This document shows positions 51,997 through 64,000 of a DNA stretch of 64,000 bases, piece by piece. A model generated the notes under the pieces. That model searched no databases and had not been told where the DNA came from. It saw nothing but the letters and a program-made list of their open reading frames with translations. Every line of letters starts with the position of its first letter. Positions within the stretch are counted from its first letter, which is position 1. The stretch spans positions 124,001 to 188,000 of the forward strand of contig NW_021832383.1 in the NCBI RefSeq assembly GCF_006345805.1, in the 5' to 3' direction. Position numbers and translations under genes: made by a program. Origin of the DNA: Octopus sinensis. Taxonomy: Eukaryota.

Positions 51997-53768
51997 CTGC
52001 ACATTGCAAAACAAAGGTGAGCATTGATTTAAAGAAAGAATCCATGGCTTCCTACAACATCCAGAAAGGTCATTAGTGCTGAACCAAATACAGAAGACCA
52101 GAATTAGTAGATACAAAAAAACGAACAAAAGAGGACCAAAAGTAGAAAGCTTCCTTGGATAAACAACTGCCCTGCAAGAATATCTTCCAAGGGCAGTGAT
52201 TCATGGGTCAACACCATTAACTGCCAAAACTGCCCTACTTCACATTAGAAGCAAAATGCAGTGTGCAAGAGAGAAGACTGTGTTGGTTTGGTCGTGTTAT
52301 GCAGATAGGTGCCAATACCTCCATAAAAAAGTGCTGATCTCTCAAAGAGAATGGAGCACACGTGGAAGAGGGAAGATATGTAATGAAGTGCTGAAGGGTG
52401 ACCTTGGACACTGAACCTTTCAGATGAGATGACAAAGGACCAAGATACCTGGCGCCTTGCTGTGCTTTCAAGAAGACCCAACCTCCACAGCAGAAGTGTT
52501 AAGACCATTCTTCCTGCTTCACAGAATTGGCCTGCAAGAATCTTGTGCTGGTACCATGTAATTGCTTCTGCAATGCCACATTAAAAGCACCCAGAACCTA
52601 CTGCTTAGAACTCCAACTATGTCTAATTTTACATCAAGTACAAAACATAATTTGTTTACCTATCTTAATTAGCTATTAAAACACTTTTGAATAGATTACA
52701 GAGTGTATATTCAAGAGAATAAATCTGGAGATTAAGTCACAAAATTTTTTTTATGATATCATACTGAAAATCTAATTTAGTAACCAAATCTACAGTTTTA
52801 TTCTGATCTTGGATATATATATATACACACATATACACACATACGTAAAAAGCATCCATTACACTCTGTAAAGTGGTTGGTGCTAGGAAGGACATCCAGC
52901 TGTAGAAACAATGTCAAAACAGACTATGAAATGCTGTGTGGCCCCTGGCCATGCCAGTCCCTCTCAAGTCATCCAACCCATGCCAGCATGGAAAATGGAT
53001 GTTAAATGTTGATGATGATGTTGATGGCTAGCCACTGGATTTGGTTAAAGAGAGACAATGAGCGATGGCTAGAAGAATATATAGTTTTATTTGATAACCA
53101 TTGATCTAGTAAGCAGGACCTCATCAATGAGAAGGGCCGGTGCACAATGAAGCCACTGAGAGGTAGGCCCTGAAACAGTGTGCATTCTCTCCTGATGACC
53201 CCATACAGTTGCTGGCTTCTGGTATGCAGAGCTTTTGACTGGTAGCACTTGCATATGCAAGTTGTTTGCAAAACATATGTGGGTGTGTGAAGAAACAAGT
53301 TGAAAATGCACTGAGAATGTATTTATATATAAACGGCAAAATGTCTGTGTGTGTGTGCGTGTCCTTTATACAAATCCATAATTTTTAGAGGGATCACACT
53401 TTCTATGGTCATTCAAAACCATCCAAGGGTGGTTGTGCACATCTTTACATTTCCCCAGTCACCCCGCAAAGCCATTAAAAAAAAATCAATAGAAGTGCCT
53501 TTTTTTGTGAATTTTCTATCCAAAACCCAATCAAAATGCCTGAAACTTGATATGCCAATTGAATGCCAGCTAGCGTTGCCGGGTCATAGTGCTAGTTTAT
53601 ATCAATATACTTAACCGGTTTCATATTTGTATGATTTTCAAAACTGTAAGACTAGAAGGATGTGCTGTAAATTGTATTGTTTATATATGCATGCACCAAA
53701 AACACAAATTCTTAAAGAAGCATATAATATAAAATATACACATACATCCATAAACATGTAATACTTAC

Positions 53769-53932
53769 TTGACTTTGCGTTCTTCCATTTGAGGTGGTTT
53801 TGTTCTTTTCGATTTGTCCCCCATCCGGCTGCCTTCCAGTTTACCAACCAAGGATATGACTTCACCAGTGGCTTCATCACGAGCTCTTCGATCAATAAGA
53901 GATCGATCGGCTTGAAGTACAAGGTTGGAATT
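53769..53932 (-). CDS. SNRNP200: SNRNP200 exon 2 (164 nt)
   Basis: [40 protein letters not shown]...; CAG/GTAAGT. Confidence 0.95.
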
Positions 53933-54534
53933 CTGAAAGTTGAATCAGACAAAAAGAAAGACATGTAAGTAGGAAAATGGATCAAGCAAAAGACTGAACG
54001 GGTTCTATCCTTACCAAACTAAGGTCCGGCGTTGGTTGTAAAGATAGTGAATCGTGTGTTCTTTGTTTGTAAAGAGTATTTATTTCAAAGAAAAGTGGAC
54101 TTCTGGTTTAAGCACCCCTTATTACCCCCCATAACATTTTTATTTTTAGGAAATTTCAGAAAATTTTCGTGAAGTTGTGTTCTACACATGGGAATTCATG
54201 ACTACAAAAAAAAAAAATATTAAGAAAAAATATTTTTAAACCCAAGTCTTTACAAGCGGCAGATGCGTAGGTACATTAACCCTTTCAATACTGTATTTAT
54301 TTTGAGAAGCTTTGGTCTTTTCATTTAATTTTAAATATAACAAAGACTTTAGTAAAATAACTTAGTTATCATTCAGCTAGTGATAGGAACATAAATTGTG
54401 ACTAAGGTTTGGCGGAAGATTTTAATTCAAAACTTAAGAAAACAAGACATCTGTACTATAGAGCCAGAGGTGGTTACAGCCGGGTTGGTAACGAAAGGGT
54501 TAAACACCAAGAATGTATAAAAAAATAGAACATG

Positions 54535-57138
54535 TAGTCACTCGTCCTGCTTGAAAGAGCTGTCAAATGCCCCTCAAATAATATGCTACCTACACTTTGG
54601 ATAAAGAGTACAACGAGTGGAAAAGGGTATTATTAAAAATTGGGGAAAGTAGCAAAAATTTGACTTGGCTTTTTTTTGAATTACAGAAACAAATGAGGGA
54701 GAAAGTAAAGAATACGCACACCCTGTATTTAGGGTTAGGGTTTTTGTTACATTGAAAACGGGTGGTGTATGTATTCTTTACTTCCGCCACAAATGAGTAA
54801 ATAGTTCGAAAGGTCACTGGCATAGAGCTCCTCCACGCTGGTGACCTTGTTTTTATTGGTGAATCTCTACCAGAACTAGAGAAGAAATTCCAAGTATAGA
54901 AGCACAGACTGGAATCAAATTTAGAATTAATTTAGCAAAGACGAAAGTCTTGATAGGTAAGAAAACAGACAAGTCACAGATTGCCTTCAGGGAGATGGCC
55001 CTGCTCATACTTGTGAAGAACTGTTGAGGCAAGTGGAAATCGAAATCAAAATCGAGCAACATCAATGGAAATTGCAGCTGTGATACCAGTACCGGCGGCA
55101 CGTAAAAAGCACCATCTGACCGTGGCCGTCGGCCAGCCCCATCTGGCACCTGTGCCAGTGGCACGTAAAAAGCATCCACTACACTCACAGAGTGGTTGGC
55201 ATTAGGAATGGGCATCCAACCGTAGAAACACTGCCAGATCAGACTGGGCCTGGTGCAGCCTTCTGGCTTCCCAGACCCCAGTTGAACTGTCCAACCCATG
55301 CTAGCTTGGAGAATGGACGTTAAACGATGATGATGATGTGTCAGGAGAAACTCCATACAGTGTACTTCAGTGCAAGTTATGGACATGTAAGAGGTGCAGC
55401 AGTATTACTGGAGGACTAACAGAGAAAGAAGTCCTTACAAGTGGCAGATGCGCAGACACATTAAACACCAGGAATGTGCAAAAAACAGACTCCCTCAAAT
55501 GTCGAGGTGGGGTCGTTAGAAGTAGTAGACAGTTTCTGTTACTGAGATGGGTAAGTTAGTAGTGATGGAGGTTGTTCTGAAAGCTTAGTTGTTTTAATTA
55601 AGAATAGGCTGGGCAAAGCTCAGAGAGCTCCTGCCTCTGTTGGTAATGAAGGGCCTCTCCCAAAGAGTGAAAGACAGATTATATGACGTCTGTGTATGAA
55701 CAGCTATGCTACAGGGCAGTGAGACATGGGCTGTGACTGCCGAGGACATGTGAAGGCTTGAAAGAAATGAAGCCAGTATACTCAGCTAGATGAGTAATGT
55801 CAGTGCACAGATATAATGGAGAAATAATTTGTGAGAAAAACTGGGTATATGAGGCATCAGATGTTGTGTGCAAGAGAGAAGACTGCCCTGGTGTGGTCAT
55901 GTAAGGCATAAGAATGAAGACAGCTGCATCAAGAGGTACCAATACCTAAATGTAGAGGAAAGGGTAGATCCAGGAAGACATGGGATGAAGTGGTGAAAAA
56001 GGATCTTCAGGTGTTGGGACTCACATAGGGGATGACAGTGGAACGAGACTCCTGGAAGTTTGCTGTGCTTGAGAAGACACAACAAGCTAATTAAAATCAT
56101 GGTTGCCCTTGCATACAGGCATGTCCCCTGCATCCTTCTCCAGATGAGCATTCCTAATGTTGTGGGCTTGTACATTGTAAAAAGTAACTGTATTGGTGCC
56201 ATGTAAATACACCCATGCTGTGTAAAAACACTCAGCACACACTGTAAAGTGGTTGGCATTAGGAAGGGCATCCAGCCGTAGAAGCCACGGGGACTGGGAA
56301 GCTCTTTGGCAGGCCAGCTTCTGTCAAACAATCTATGCCAGCATGGGAAATGGACGTTAAATGATAATGATATATATATATTTGGCAGAAGTTACAAAGT
56401 GATCCAAAGGCCGAAAGTTTCGTGCACTGGCATTTATCAAACTGGTTTCAAATAAGGAGGATTATATTTATATAGGCCGACTGAATGATACGTGTGCACA
56501 CACATTCACACATTTTATATTATATATATATCCCTCTATACACAATCATACAAACCCCTTTATATAAAGTTCTCACTATACACTACTTTTATAAGTATTT
56601 GGAAGCACGAAATATTTGGCGGAACTGGGTACGTATGTATAGGGGTGAATTAAAATTTAAAAAACCAGACTGTGAAAATTGTGTGTGTAAAATCGTTATC
56701 TTGTAGTTTTAAAACAGATACTTTCGAAAGATAGTTAAAGAAAAAACTTTCTCAAATTTATATATTTTAAGAATATGTTTTCGTAGCTTCTCTCTCGCCT
56801 TTCCGTCTCGTAATACCCAAACAACTGAATTTACCAATTTCGAAGTATTTACTTATTTGTGGCAGAAGTAAAGAATACGCACACCACCCCGTTTTCAGAG
56901 GGAACAAAAACCCTAACCACCCGGTGTTCGTATTCTTTACTTTCGCCCTCATTTCTTTCTGTAATTCAAAAAAAAAAAAAGCCAAGTCAAATGTTTACCA
57001 CTTTCCCCAACTTTTAATAACACCGTTTTCCACCCGTTCTACCCCTCACCCAAAGTATTCTTACATTTTTTAAAATAAGGTAGCGTGTTATTTGAGGGGC
57101 ATTTGACAGCTCTTTCGAGCAGGACGAGTGACTACATA
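54535..57138. repeat. Inverted pair of about 290-bp elements (54535-54812 and 56838-57138)
   Basis: TAGTCACTCGTCCTGCTTGAAAGAGCTGTCAAATGCCCCTC and its reverse complement; internal hairpin enclosing TTAGGGTTAGGG. Confidence 0.8.
54840..56100 (+). mobile_element. Degenerate RTE-type LINE fragment (RT C-terminal region), interrupted by a SINE
   Basis: WAKLRELLPLLVMKGLSQRVKDRLYDVCV*TAMLQGSETWAVTAEDM... and GRSRKTWDEVVKKDL, with stops and frameshifts. Confidence 0.75.
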
Positions 57139-57808
57139 GGCGCACTCTTATGAACAATGACCTACATTCTGCCCTCCACACCTCAGAAGATTCTGACATT
57201 TGGCGCAAATCAAATGTTAACAATATTAGCCCCCATCGTTTATAAAAATTGTGCCGATTTTTCAACACAAAGAAAACAATATTAGCTTAGAAGGCAGTAA
57301 TACTTTTCTTATAATTGTTAAACTCACAAATTTCCGTTGAAAATATCTTCATAAATTAACGGGAAGCTACTTTCGCTTTTCACCTAAAAATTCCGCTTCC
57401 ACACTAAATCTTACACATAAACTTAGATATGTTTCGACCAAAGATTGGTCCAGGCCATGTCTAACTTAATAGCACCATTACATAAAACTTCTGGGATAAC
57501 AAAGAATAAAAACATCAAGGTATCTTATTGTATTAGCCTGTCTCTCAATTAAACAAATTAAGAGAAATAAATATATTAGTAATTGCTAATTGAACTCGTA
57601 GCAAGTTTACATCAGTGACGTATTTACCCTTTTACCATTCCCTTTAAAGAAAAAAATTAACCCTTTAATCTTTGATTTATCTATTACTTGTTTATTTCAA
57701 GCCTGGTACTTAATCTATCGGTTTTTTTTGCTGAACTGCTACGTTACAGATATATATATATAAACAAACAAGCACAAGTTGTTAAGCGTTGATGAGATAC
57801 AAACACAC

Positions 57809-57842
<34 letters not shown>

Positions 57843-57954
57843 ATATATATATAATAATAATAAGGGTAAAATTAATTAATTAAATAATAATTCCACCAAG
57901 TAGTGGTTAGGTTTGTAAAAGACCAATATCGGTAAATTTAAACAATATTTATTT

Positions 57955-58061
57955 ATAATAAGGGTTAGGCAAAAGAATTTGCTTCACCACACACCGAAAC
58001 TTTTGCTATTTCTAAAGTTGGGTGTGTGGTGAAGCAAATTGTTTTGCATAACACTTATTAT
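57955..58061. repeat. About 45-bp hairpin in (TA)n-rich intron 1
   Basis: GCAAAAGAATTTGCTTCACCACACACC...GGTGTGTGGTGAAGCAAATTGTTTTGC. Confidence 0.8.
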
Positions 58062-58099
58062 TATATATATATATATATATACATATATATATACACACA

Positions 58100-58142
58100 C
58101 ATTTCTGATGAAACTACAGGAGTAGTTGAAAGCACTAATATG
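58100..58142 (+). ncRNA. Minimal type-I hammerhead ribozyme motif
   Basis: CAUUU-CUGAUGA-AACUAC(AGGA)GUAGUU-GAAA-GCAC-UA-AUAUG. Confidence 0.65.
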
Positions 58143-58149
58143 AAGTAAT

Positions 58150-58157
58150 AATATATG

Positions 58158-58192
<35 letters not shown>

Positions 58193-58240
58193 ATAATACA
58201 TATTTTTACAACCATCCAGCATTCTGAACATCTTTCTTCT

Positions 58241-58271
<31 letters not shown>

Positions 58272-58426
58272 CGTTTATTCGTGGTGTCCTGTACTCATAT
58301 ATATATATATATATATATGTACATATACATATAGATGTAGGTATGTACATATATGTATGTATGTTTTATTTGTTAAATTGTTATGTATATATATATATAC
58401 ATAAATATATATATATATAACATAAT

Positions 58427-58464
<38 letters not shown>

Positions 58465-58542
58465 CATAATTATATATATATATATACATAAATATATATA
58501 TATATATATACATACACAAATATATATATACATACATAAATA

Positions 58543-58575
<33 letters not shown>

Positions 58576-58760
58576 CATACATATATACATACATAAATAT
58601 ATATATATATACATACATAAATATATATATATATACATACATAAATATATATATATGTATATACATAAATATATATATATATGTATATACATATATACAT
58701 AAATATATATATATATGTATATACATATATACATAAATATATATATATGTATATTTATGA
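58150..58760. repeat. Complex (TA)n/(TACA)n low-complexity tract
   Basis: Direct inspection. Confidence 0.95.
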
Positions 58761-59028
58761 CGGGTTGCTTTCAGTTTCGGTCAACAAAATGTTTTAAGGT
58801 TTGCAAAGCAAATAAAAAAATAAAAAAACAATATTTACTCCTCAAATCTAAGTCACTTCGGTATTCAGGTACATAAATACCGGACATCCAGTCTTAACAG
58901 AAAGCTAATTAACACCGTACGAGTCTAATTAACGAAACACTTAATGAACAACAGCAAAACAAAACGAGAAAAGACACGTGTGGAGAGATTTGAAATATCA
59001 ACAGAAAAACCGACGAAAGGATACTCAC

Positions 59029-59073
59029 TGCTTTGTACTCATATTGTAGTGATCGGGCCGCAGCATCCGCCAT
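59029..59073 (-). CDS. SNRNP200: SNRNP200 coding exon 1 (45 nt)
   Basis: MADAAARSLQYEYKA; Kozak gccATGG; donor GTGAGT. Confidence 0.95.
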
Positions 59074-59260
59074 GGCGATCAATTAAGAAAAAATAAGAAA
59101 TAGCAGTTATTAATTGGTTAATTAATTAAGAATCGAGGATAAAATTTCGCCGACTCCGTCACAACATAAATATGGCGGTAGTGAAGGTCGCTTAGAAACA
59201 CTACCACGTTGTCTGTGTGTTTGCGTTTGTGTCTGTGTGTGCGTTATAGTAACTGAATAA
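59074..59260. promoter_or_regulatory. Putative (bidirectional) promoter/5'UTR region with YY1-like motif
   Basis: Non-repetitive, CpG-containing sequence upstream of the ATG; AATATGGCGG at 59169-59178 matches the YY1-type AANATGGCGG. Confidence 0.45.
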
Positions 59261-59510
59261 GGTGTTTTTAAAAAAATGCTATTAAAAATTAATGTTAAAA
59301 TTAAATAGATATCCTCTCTTTTTGCTTTATGATATTTATTTGGTATTTAATTAAAGCTGCATAAAGCCATTTTAAAGTTCTACGTGTATTAGTTTATTTC
59401 GTCCGTAAGCGACCAGACATAATATCCTGTATTGTGTAAAGTCGGTGCCCGTCGTTCGCTTTTTATTTGCAGGAAGGATTTCGACGGAACTCTTAAAAGT
59501 TAATGGAATC

Positions 59511-59669
59511 ATGTTTACATCTAAATTAACCGGTTGTCGAGGAGTTTTATCGGGTCACACTGCAGCGTCAGTCGTAAGCTACGAACCTAGAATTTTTCGA
59601 CAGAGGGGAAATCGCTTGGCGCTTTTTCGGTTGACGGTGCAAGGGAGGTCACTCTTCACGGGACTGTTC
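59511..59669 (+). CDS. Possible first coding exon of a divergent gene (mitochondrial-presequence-like)
   Basis: MFTSKLTGCRGVLSGHTAASVVSYEPRIFRQRGNRLALFRLTVQGRSLFTGLF is R/S/L-rich with one acidic residue; upstream acceptor tttttatttgcAG (59472); GTGCGT at 59670. Confidence 0.3.
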
Positions 59670-59721
59670 GTGCGTGTGTGATTTACTGCTATTTCAAGCA
59701 TGATGGGACGTAAGACTTTAC

Positions 59722-59724
<3 letters not shown>

Positions 59725-59784
<60 letters not shown>

Positions 59785-59943
59785 AAGATAGATAGTGAGA
59801 GAGAGAGAGAGAGGGGGAGAGAAAGAGAGAGATAAAGAGTGAGTGTGTGTGTGTGCGCGTTTCTTTGAGTGTACCATGGTTATAACTCTTACTGCTATTT
59901 CTAACATGTTGGGGATTGTGAACCAGCCATTGGTACTATGCGT

Positions 59944-59976
<33 letters not shown>

Positions 59977-60025
59977 CATACATATACACGCGCGAGCGCG
60001 CGTATATGTATATATATATATATAC
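59725..60025. repeat. (GA)n, (CA)n and (TA)n microsatellites
   Basis: Direct inspection. Confidence 0.95.
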
Positions 60026-60217
60026 TCTTTTACTCTCTTTTACTTGTTTCAGTCATTTGACTGTGGCCATGCTGGAGCACCTCCTTTAGTCGAGGAAATC
60101 AACCCCAGGACTTTGTAAGCCTAGTACTTATTCTATCGGTGCCTTTTGCCGAACCGCTAAGTTACGGAGACGTAAACACACCAGCATCGGTTGTCAAGCG
60201 ATGTTGGGGGGGGGGAT

Positions 60218-60258
<41 letters not shown>

Positions 60259-60353
60259 ACACATATACGACGGGCTTCTTTCAGTTTCCGTCTACCAAAT
60301 CCATTCAAAGGCTATAGTAGTAGACATTTGCCCAAGGTGCCACGCGAATTTTC

Positions 60354-60389
<36 letters not shown>

Positions 60390-60606
60390 ATCGGATTCAA
60401 CATATCAAACCTCACAATTCTAGAATATTTTCTTCGCTTGGTAGATGCTTTCGTACGATGTGTTTGAAATGAAAGGCATTATTGCGGCTCAAAATCAGAA
60501 CCCAAGACCGAAATCAATGACCAGCAGACAAAAACCGATTTCCCTTTATTCCCTTTCATTTATGTGATCTCGCTGTTTTGTGAGAGAAACGATACACTAC
60601 ATGCAT

Positions 60607-60988
60607 GGAGGCGCAATGGCCCAGTGGTTAGGGCAGCGGACTCGCGGTCGTAGGATCGCGGCTTCGATTCCCAGACTGAGCGTTGTGAGTGTTTATTGAG
60701 CGAAAACACCTAAAGCTCCACGAGGCTCCGGCAGGGGATGGTGGTGATCCCTGCTGTACTCTTTCACCACAACTTTCTCTCACTCTTACTTCATGTTTCT
60801 GTTGTACCTGTATTTCAAAGGGCCGGCCTTGTCACTCTCTGTGTCACGCTGAATATCCCCCGAGAACTACGTTAAGGGTACACGTGTCTGTGGAGTGCTC
60901 AGCCACTTACACGTTAATTTCACGAGCAGGCTGTTCCGTTGATTCGGATCAACCGGAACCCTCGTCGTCGTAACCGACGGAGTGCTTC
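60607..60988 (+). mobile_element. tRNA(Arg)-like-headed SINE; copies also at 42419-42789, 43218-43600 and 61962-62346(-)
   Basis: GGAGGCGCAATGGCCCAGTGGTTAGGGCAGCGGACTCGCGG...TTCGATTCCC head. A related subfamily with a different 3' half lies at about 3010-3312(-) and 14860-15135(-). Confidence 0.87.
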
Positions 60989-61019
60989 TCCCCCCACACT
61001 ACATGTGATCGGGTACTAA

Positions 61020-61207
61020 CTAATACCCGTCTCCATAAGGTCCTTTCAGAAGCATTACGTTTTCTGGCTGGATTCCCAAGCATGGCCAATTAAGTCAGTG
61101 GATATTATCCAACCGTCTCGTTCTTGGTCAGTTCCTGGGTCTCTTGCCACTTGGCCCGGCTTGAAGAATCTGTTTTGAGATTCCCTCCGGCGACATTTTA
61201 ATCACAT
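61020..61207 (-). mobile_element. RTE (Expander/Rex3-like) 3' fragment
   Basis: HVIKMSPEGISKQILQAGPSGKRPRN*PRTRRLDNI...LGIQPE. Confidence 0.55.
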
Positions 61208-61378
61208 GTCTGTATTATCGGAGCTGTGACCTTTCGCCAGCAAATCGACCCCAGGACTTGTCGAACCGCTGAGTTTAGGGGACGTAAATGCACCAGCATC
61301 GGTTTTCAAGCGATGGTAGGGGCTGGGGGACAAACACAGACACACAAACACATACACACGTATATATATGTGTACACA

Positions 61379-61418
<40 letters not shown>

Positions 61419-62630
61419 CGACGAGCTTCTTTCAGTTTCCGTCTACTAAATCCACTTTGGTCGGCCTGAGGCTATAGTAGAAGACACTTGCCCAAGGTGC
61501 CACGCAGCGGGATTGAACCCGGAACCATGTGGTTGGTAAGCAAGCTACTTACCACACAGCCACTCCTGCGATGATTTCGTCTCATAAGACTATAACATCT
61601 CAAGATTAAGAATAATGGCTTAAAATTTTAGCACACAAGGCCAGCAATTTCGGGAGAGGGAGTAAGTTATTTACATCGACCCCAGTGTTCAACTGGTACT
61701 TATTTTATCGAGCCTGAAAGGATGAAAAGCAGAGTCGACCTCGGTGGAATTTGAAGCCAGAATAATTTTGCCCGGTGTGCTAACGATTCTGCCAGTTTGC
61801 CATCAGATTTAACAAAACACTTTGGTTTATCGTGAAAACGAAAATGAGCCTTAATATTTTCTGAAAGAAAGATTATGCGTGTTTACAGATTTAGACGTGA
61901 AATAACGAAGCCGTCGTTAACCCCCACCCCCCAAAACAGGAATGTGTTAAAGTTATTAATCTGGAAGCACTCCGTCGGTTACGACGATGAGGGTTCCGGT
62001 TGATCCGAATCAACGGAACAGCCTGCTCGTGAAATTAACGTGTAAGTGGCTGAGCACTCCACAGACACGTGCACCCTTAACGTAGTCCTCGGGGATATTC
62101 AGCGTGACACAGAGAGTGACAAGGCCGGCCCCTTGAAATACAGGTAGAACAGAAACAGGAAGTAAGAGTGAGAGAAAGTTGTGGTGAAAGAGTACAGCAG
62201 GGATCACCACCATCCCCTGCCGGAGACTCGTGGAACTTTTTGGTGTTTTCGCTCAATAAACACTCACAACGCCCGGTCTGGGAATCCAAACCGCGATCCT
62301 ATGACCGCGAGTCTGCTGCCCTAACCACTGGGCCATTGCGCCTCCACTTATTAATCTACAGTACTATCAAAGCGACTGCTGCCTCCTCTCAGGTACATCA
62401 GGTATACGTAATATATTTATATGTATTAAGCTTTGGGTTGTTTAACGTAATTTTAAAAATTTTCTCGAGTCTCAGGAGTCGCTGTGTGGTAAGTAGCTTG
62501 CTTACCAACCACATGGTTCCGGGTTCAGTCCCACTGCGTGGCATCTTGGGCAAGTGTCTTCTGCTATAGCCTCGGGCCGACCAATGCCTTGTGAGTGGAT
62601 TTGGTAGACGGAAACCGAAAGAAGCCTGTC

Positions 62631-62694
<64 letters not shown>

Positions 62695-62853
62695 CTCAAG
62701 ATTAATCAGCCGAAATTGCTACGATGATCCGGTTCTTGACTGAAGATTGAGGGCTTCGAATGTCCCGTTCGTGTTTTTTGTATCGTTTTCTAAGTGTTTT
62801 GCGTTCTTGTCCAGTTTGTATTTTTCTACATATAATAATATATATATATATAT

Positions 62854-62884
<31 letters not shown>

Positions 62885-64000
62885 GTGTGCATATGTTTGT
62901 GTGTCTGTGTTTGTCCCCTAGCATTGCTTGACAACCAATGCTGGTGTGTTTACGTCCCCGTCACTTAGCGGTTCGGCAAAAGGGACCGATAGAATAAGTA
63001 CTGGGCTTACCAAGAATAAGTCCCGGGGTCGATTTGTTCGACTAAAGGCGGTGCTCCAGCATGGCCGCAGTCAAATGACTGAAATAAGTAAAAGAGTAAA
63101 GAGAGTCGTCCGAAGTGTGAGGCAAACTTTATCAAGAAATAGAAATAAGCACGGTTAAAATATGAATTATCTCCACTTAGACTTGTTGCTTACAAAAGTT
63201 ATCTCCCATATCAGACGTTGCTCGATAAAGTTATGACGTAGAGACGTCTTATCGTTATGACTTTAAAGCAAAGCTAAAAGCTATTTAGGCGAAGATAAAG
63301 GAAGATAAAGGAAATTGAAGCGAATAGCTAAGACTAATTTATATCTGCACATATGGGAGACAACTTCTGTAAATGACTGGAAAGTTGCAAGAGTTTACAG
63401 TATGGTTGACATCGTCGGACAGGTAGACAGAAAGGTATCAGGTTGACTGTGGGGACGGCAGAAGTTGTCTCAAAATGGCTGCGGATCAGGAAGTGTGAGC
63501 CACGGAAGGATTAATATTACTGGAGTTAGTGGTAATTGAAAACAAGCTTCGATTTGATCAAACTTTTCTGGGTCACCAAAGTAAGAGCATCTGAAGTTGA
63601 AAAAAATGAATAACCCCAATGACCCCAAGACATATCACTGATGATGTGGCCAGATGCAACCCAGGATGATGTACAGAACAAAATCTGTAGAATACAGCTT
63701 CCTGCGACGATATTAAGGCGGCGAGCTGGCAGAAACGTTAGCACGCCGCGCGAAATGCTTAGCGGTATTTCGTCTGTCGTTACGTTCTGAGTTCAAATTC
63801 CGCCGAGGTCAACTTTGCCTTTCATCCTTTCGGGGTCGGTATAATCGACTTAATCCGTTTGTCTGTCCTTGTTTGTCCCCTTTGTGTTCATCCCCTTGTG
63901 GGTAGTAAAGAAATAGGTATTTCGTCTGTCGTTACGTTCAGAGTTCAAATTCTGCCGAGGTCGACTTTGCCTTTCATCCTTTCGGGGTCGATTAAATAAG

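Noticed and set aside
58373-58734. Tyr/Ile-rich ORFs
   Set aside because: Translations of (TA)n microsatellite.
60607-60680. tRNA genes (also at 42419, 43218, 19183, 5271)
   Set aside because: These are tRNA-like SINE heads with no acceptor stem or terminator, and they continue into repeat bodies.
62700-62770. CTGAAGA and CCGAAA as a hammerhead
   Set aside because: The motifs cannot be arranged with paired stems I-III in any hammerhead topology.
63470-63500. AAAATGGCTGCGGATCAGGAAGTG as a gene start or YY1+ETS promoter
   Set aside because: The ORF stops after 7 codons and there is no other support.

Overview
AT-rich, repeat-dense animal genomic DNA. The SINE and MITE repertoire and the dense (TA)n/(GAT)n tracts suggest an octopod cephalopod (inference). 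One minus-strand gene dominates: SNRNP200/BRR2, the U5 snRNP 200-kDa Ski2-like RNA helicase. I traced 36 GT-AG coding exons from the ATG at 59073 down to position 55 (5319 nt, about 1773 codons); the gene continues past the left edge. Splice phases fit everywhere except exon 3, which is 1 nt short (apparent frameshift, probably an assembly error). Introns contain tRNA-derived and RTE-tailed SINEs, LINE fragments (RTE, CR1-like, R4-like), piggyBac-like and Tc1/mariner-like MITEs, Helitron-like elements and minisatellites. The most notable non-coding signal is at least five unrelated short element families carrying minimal type-I hammerhead-ribozyme motifs of the Penelope-like-element kind. Most sit in (TA)n and some form long fold-back palindromes. 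They include a tRNA-headed hammerhead SINE, a U3-A8 compensatory core variant and an A6U variant. A possible divergent gene with a mitochondrial-presequence-like first coding exon begins about 440 bp upstream of the SNRNP200 ATG. No ribozyme activity, editing or expression can be shown from sequence alone.
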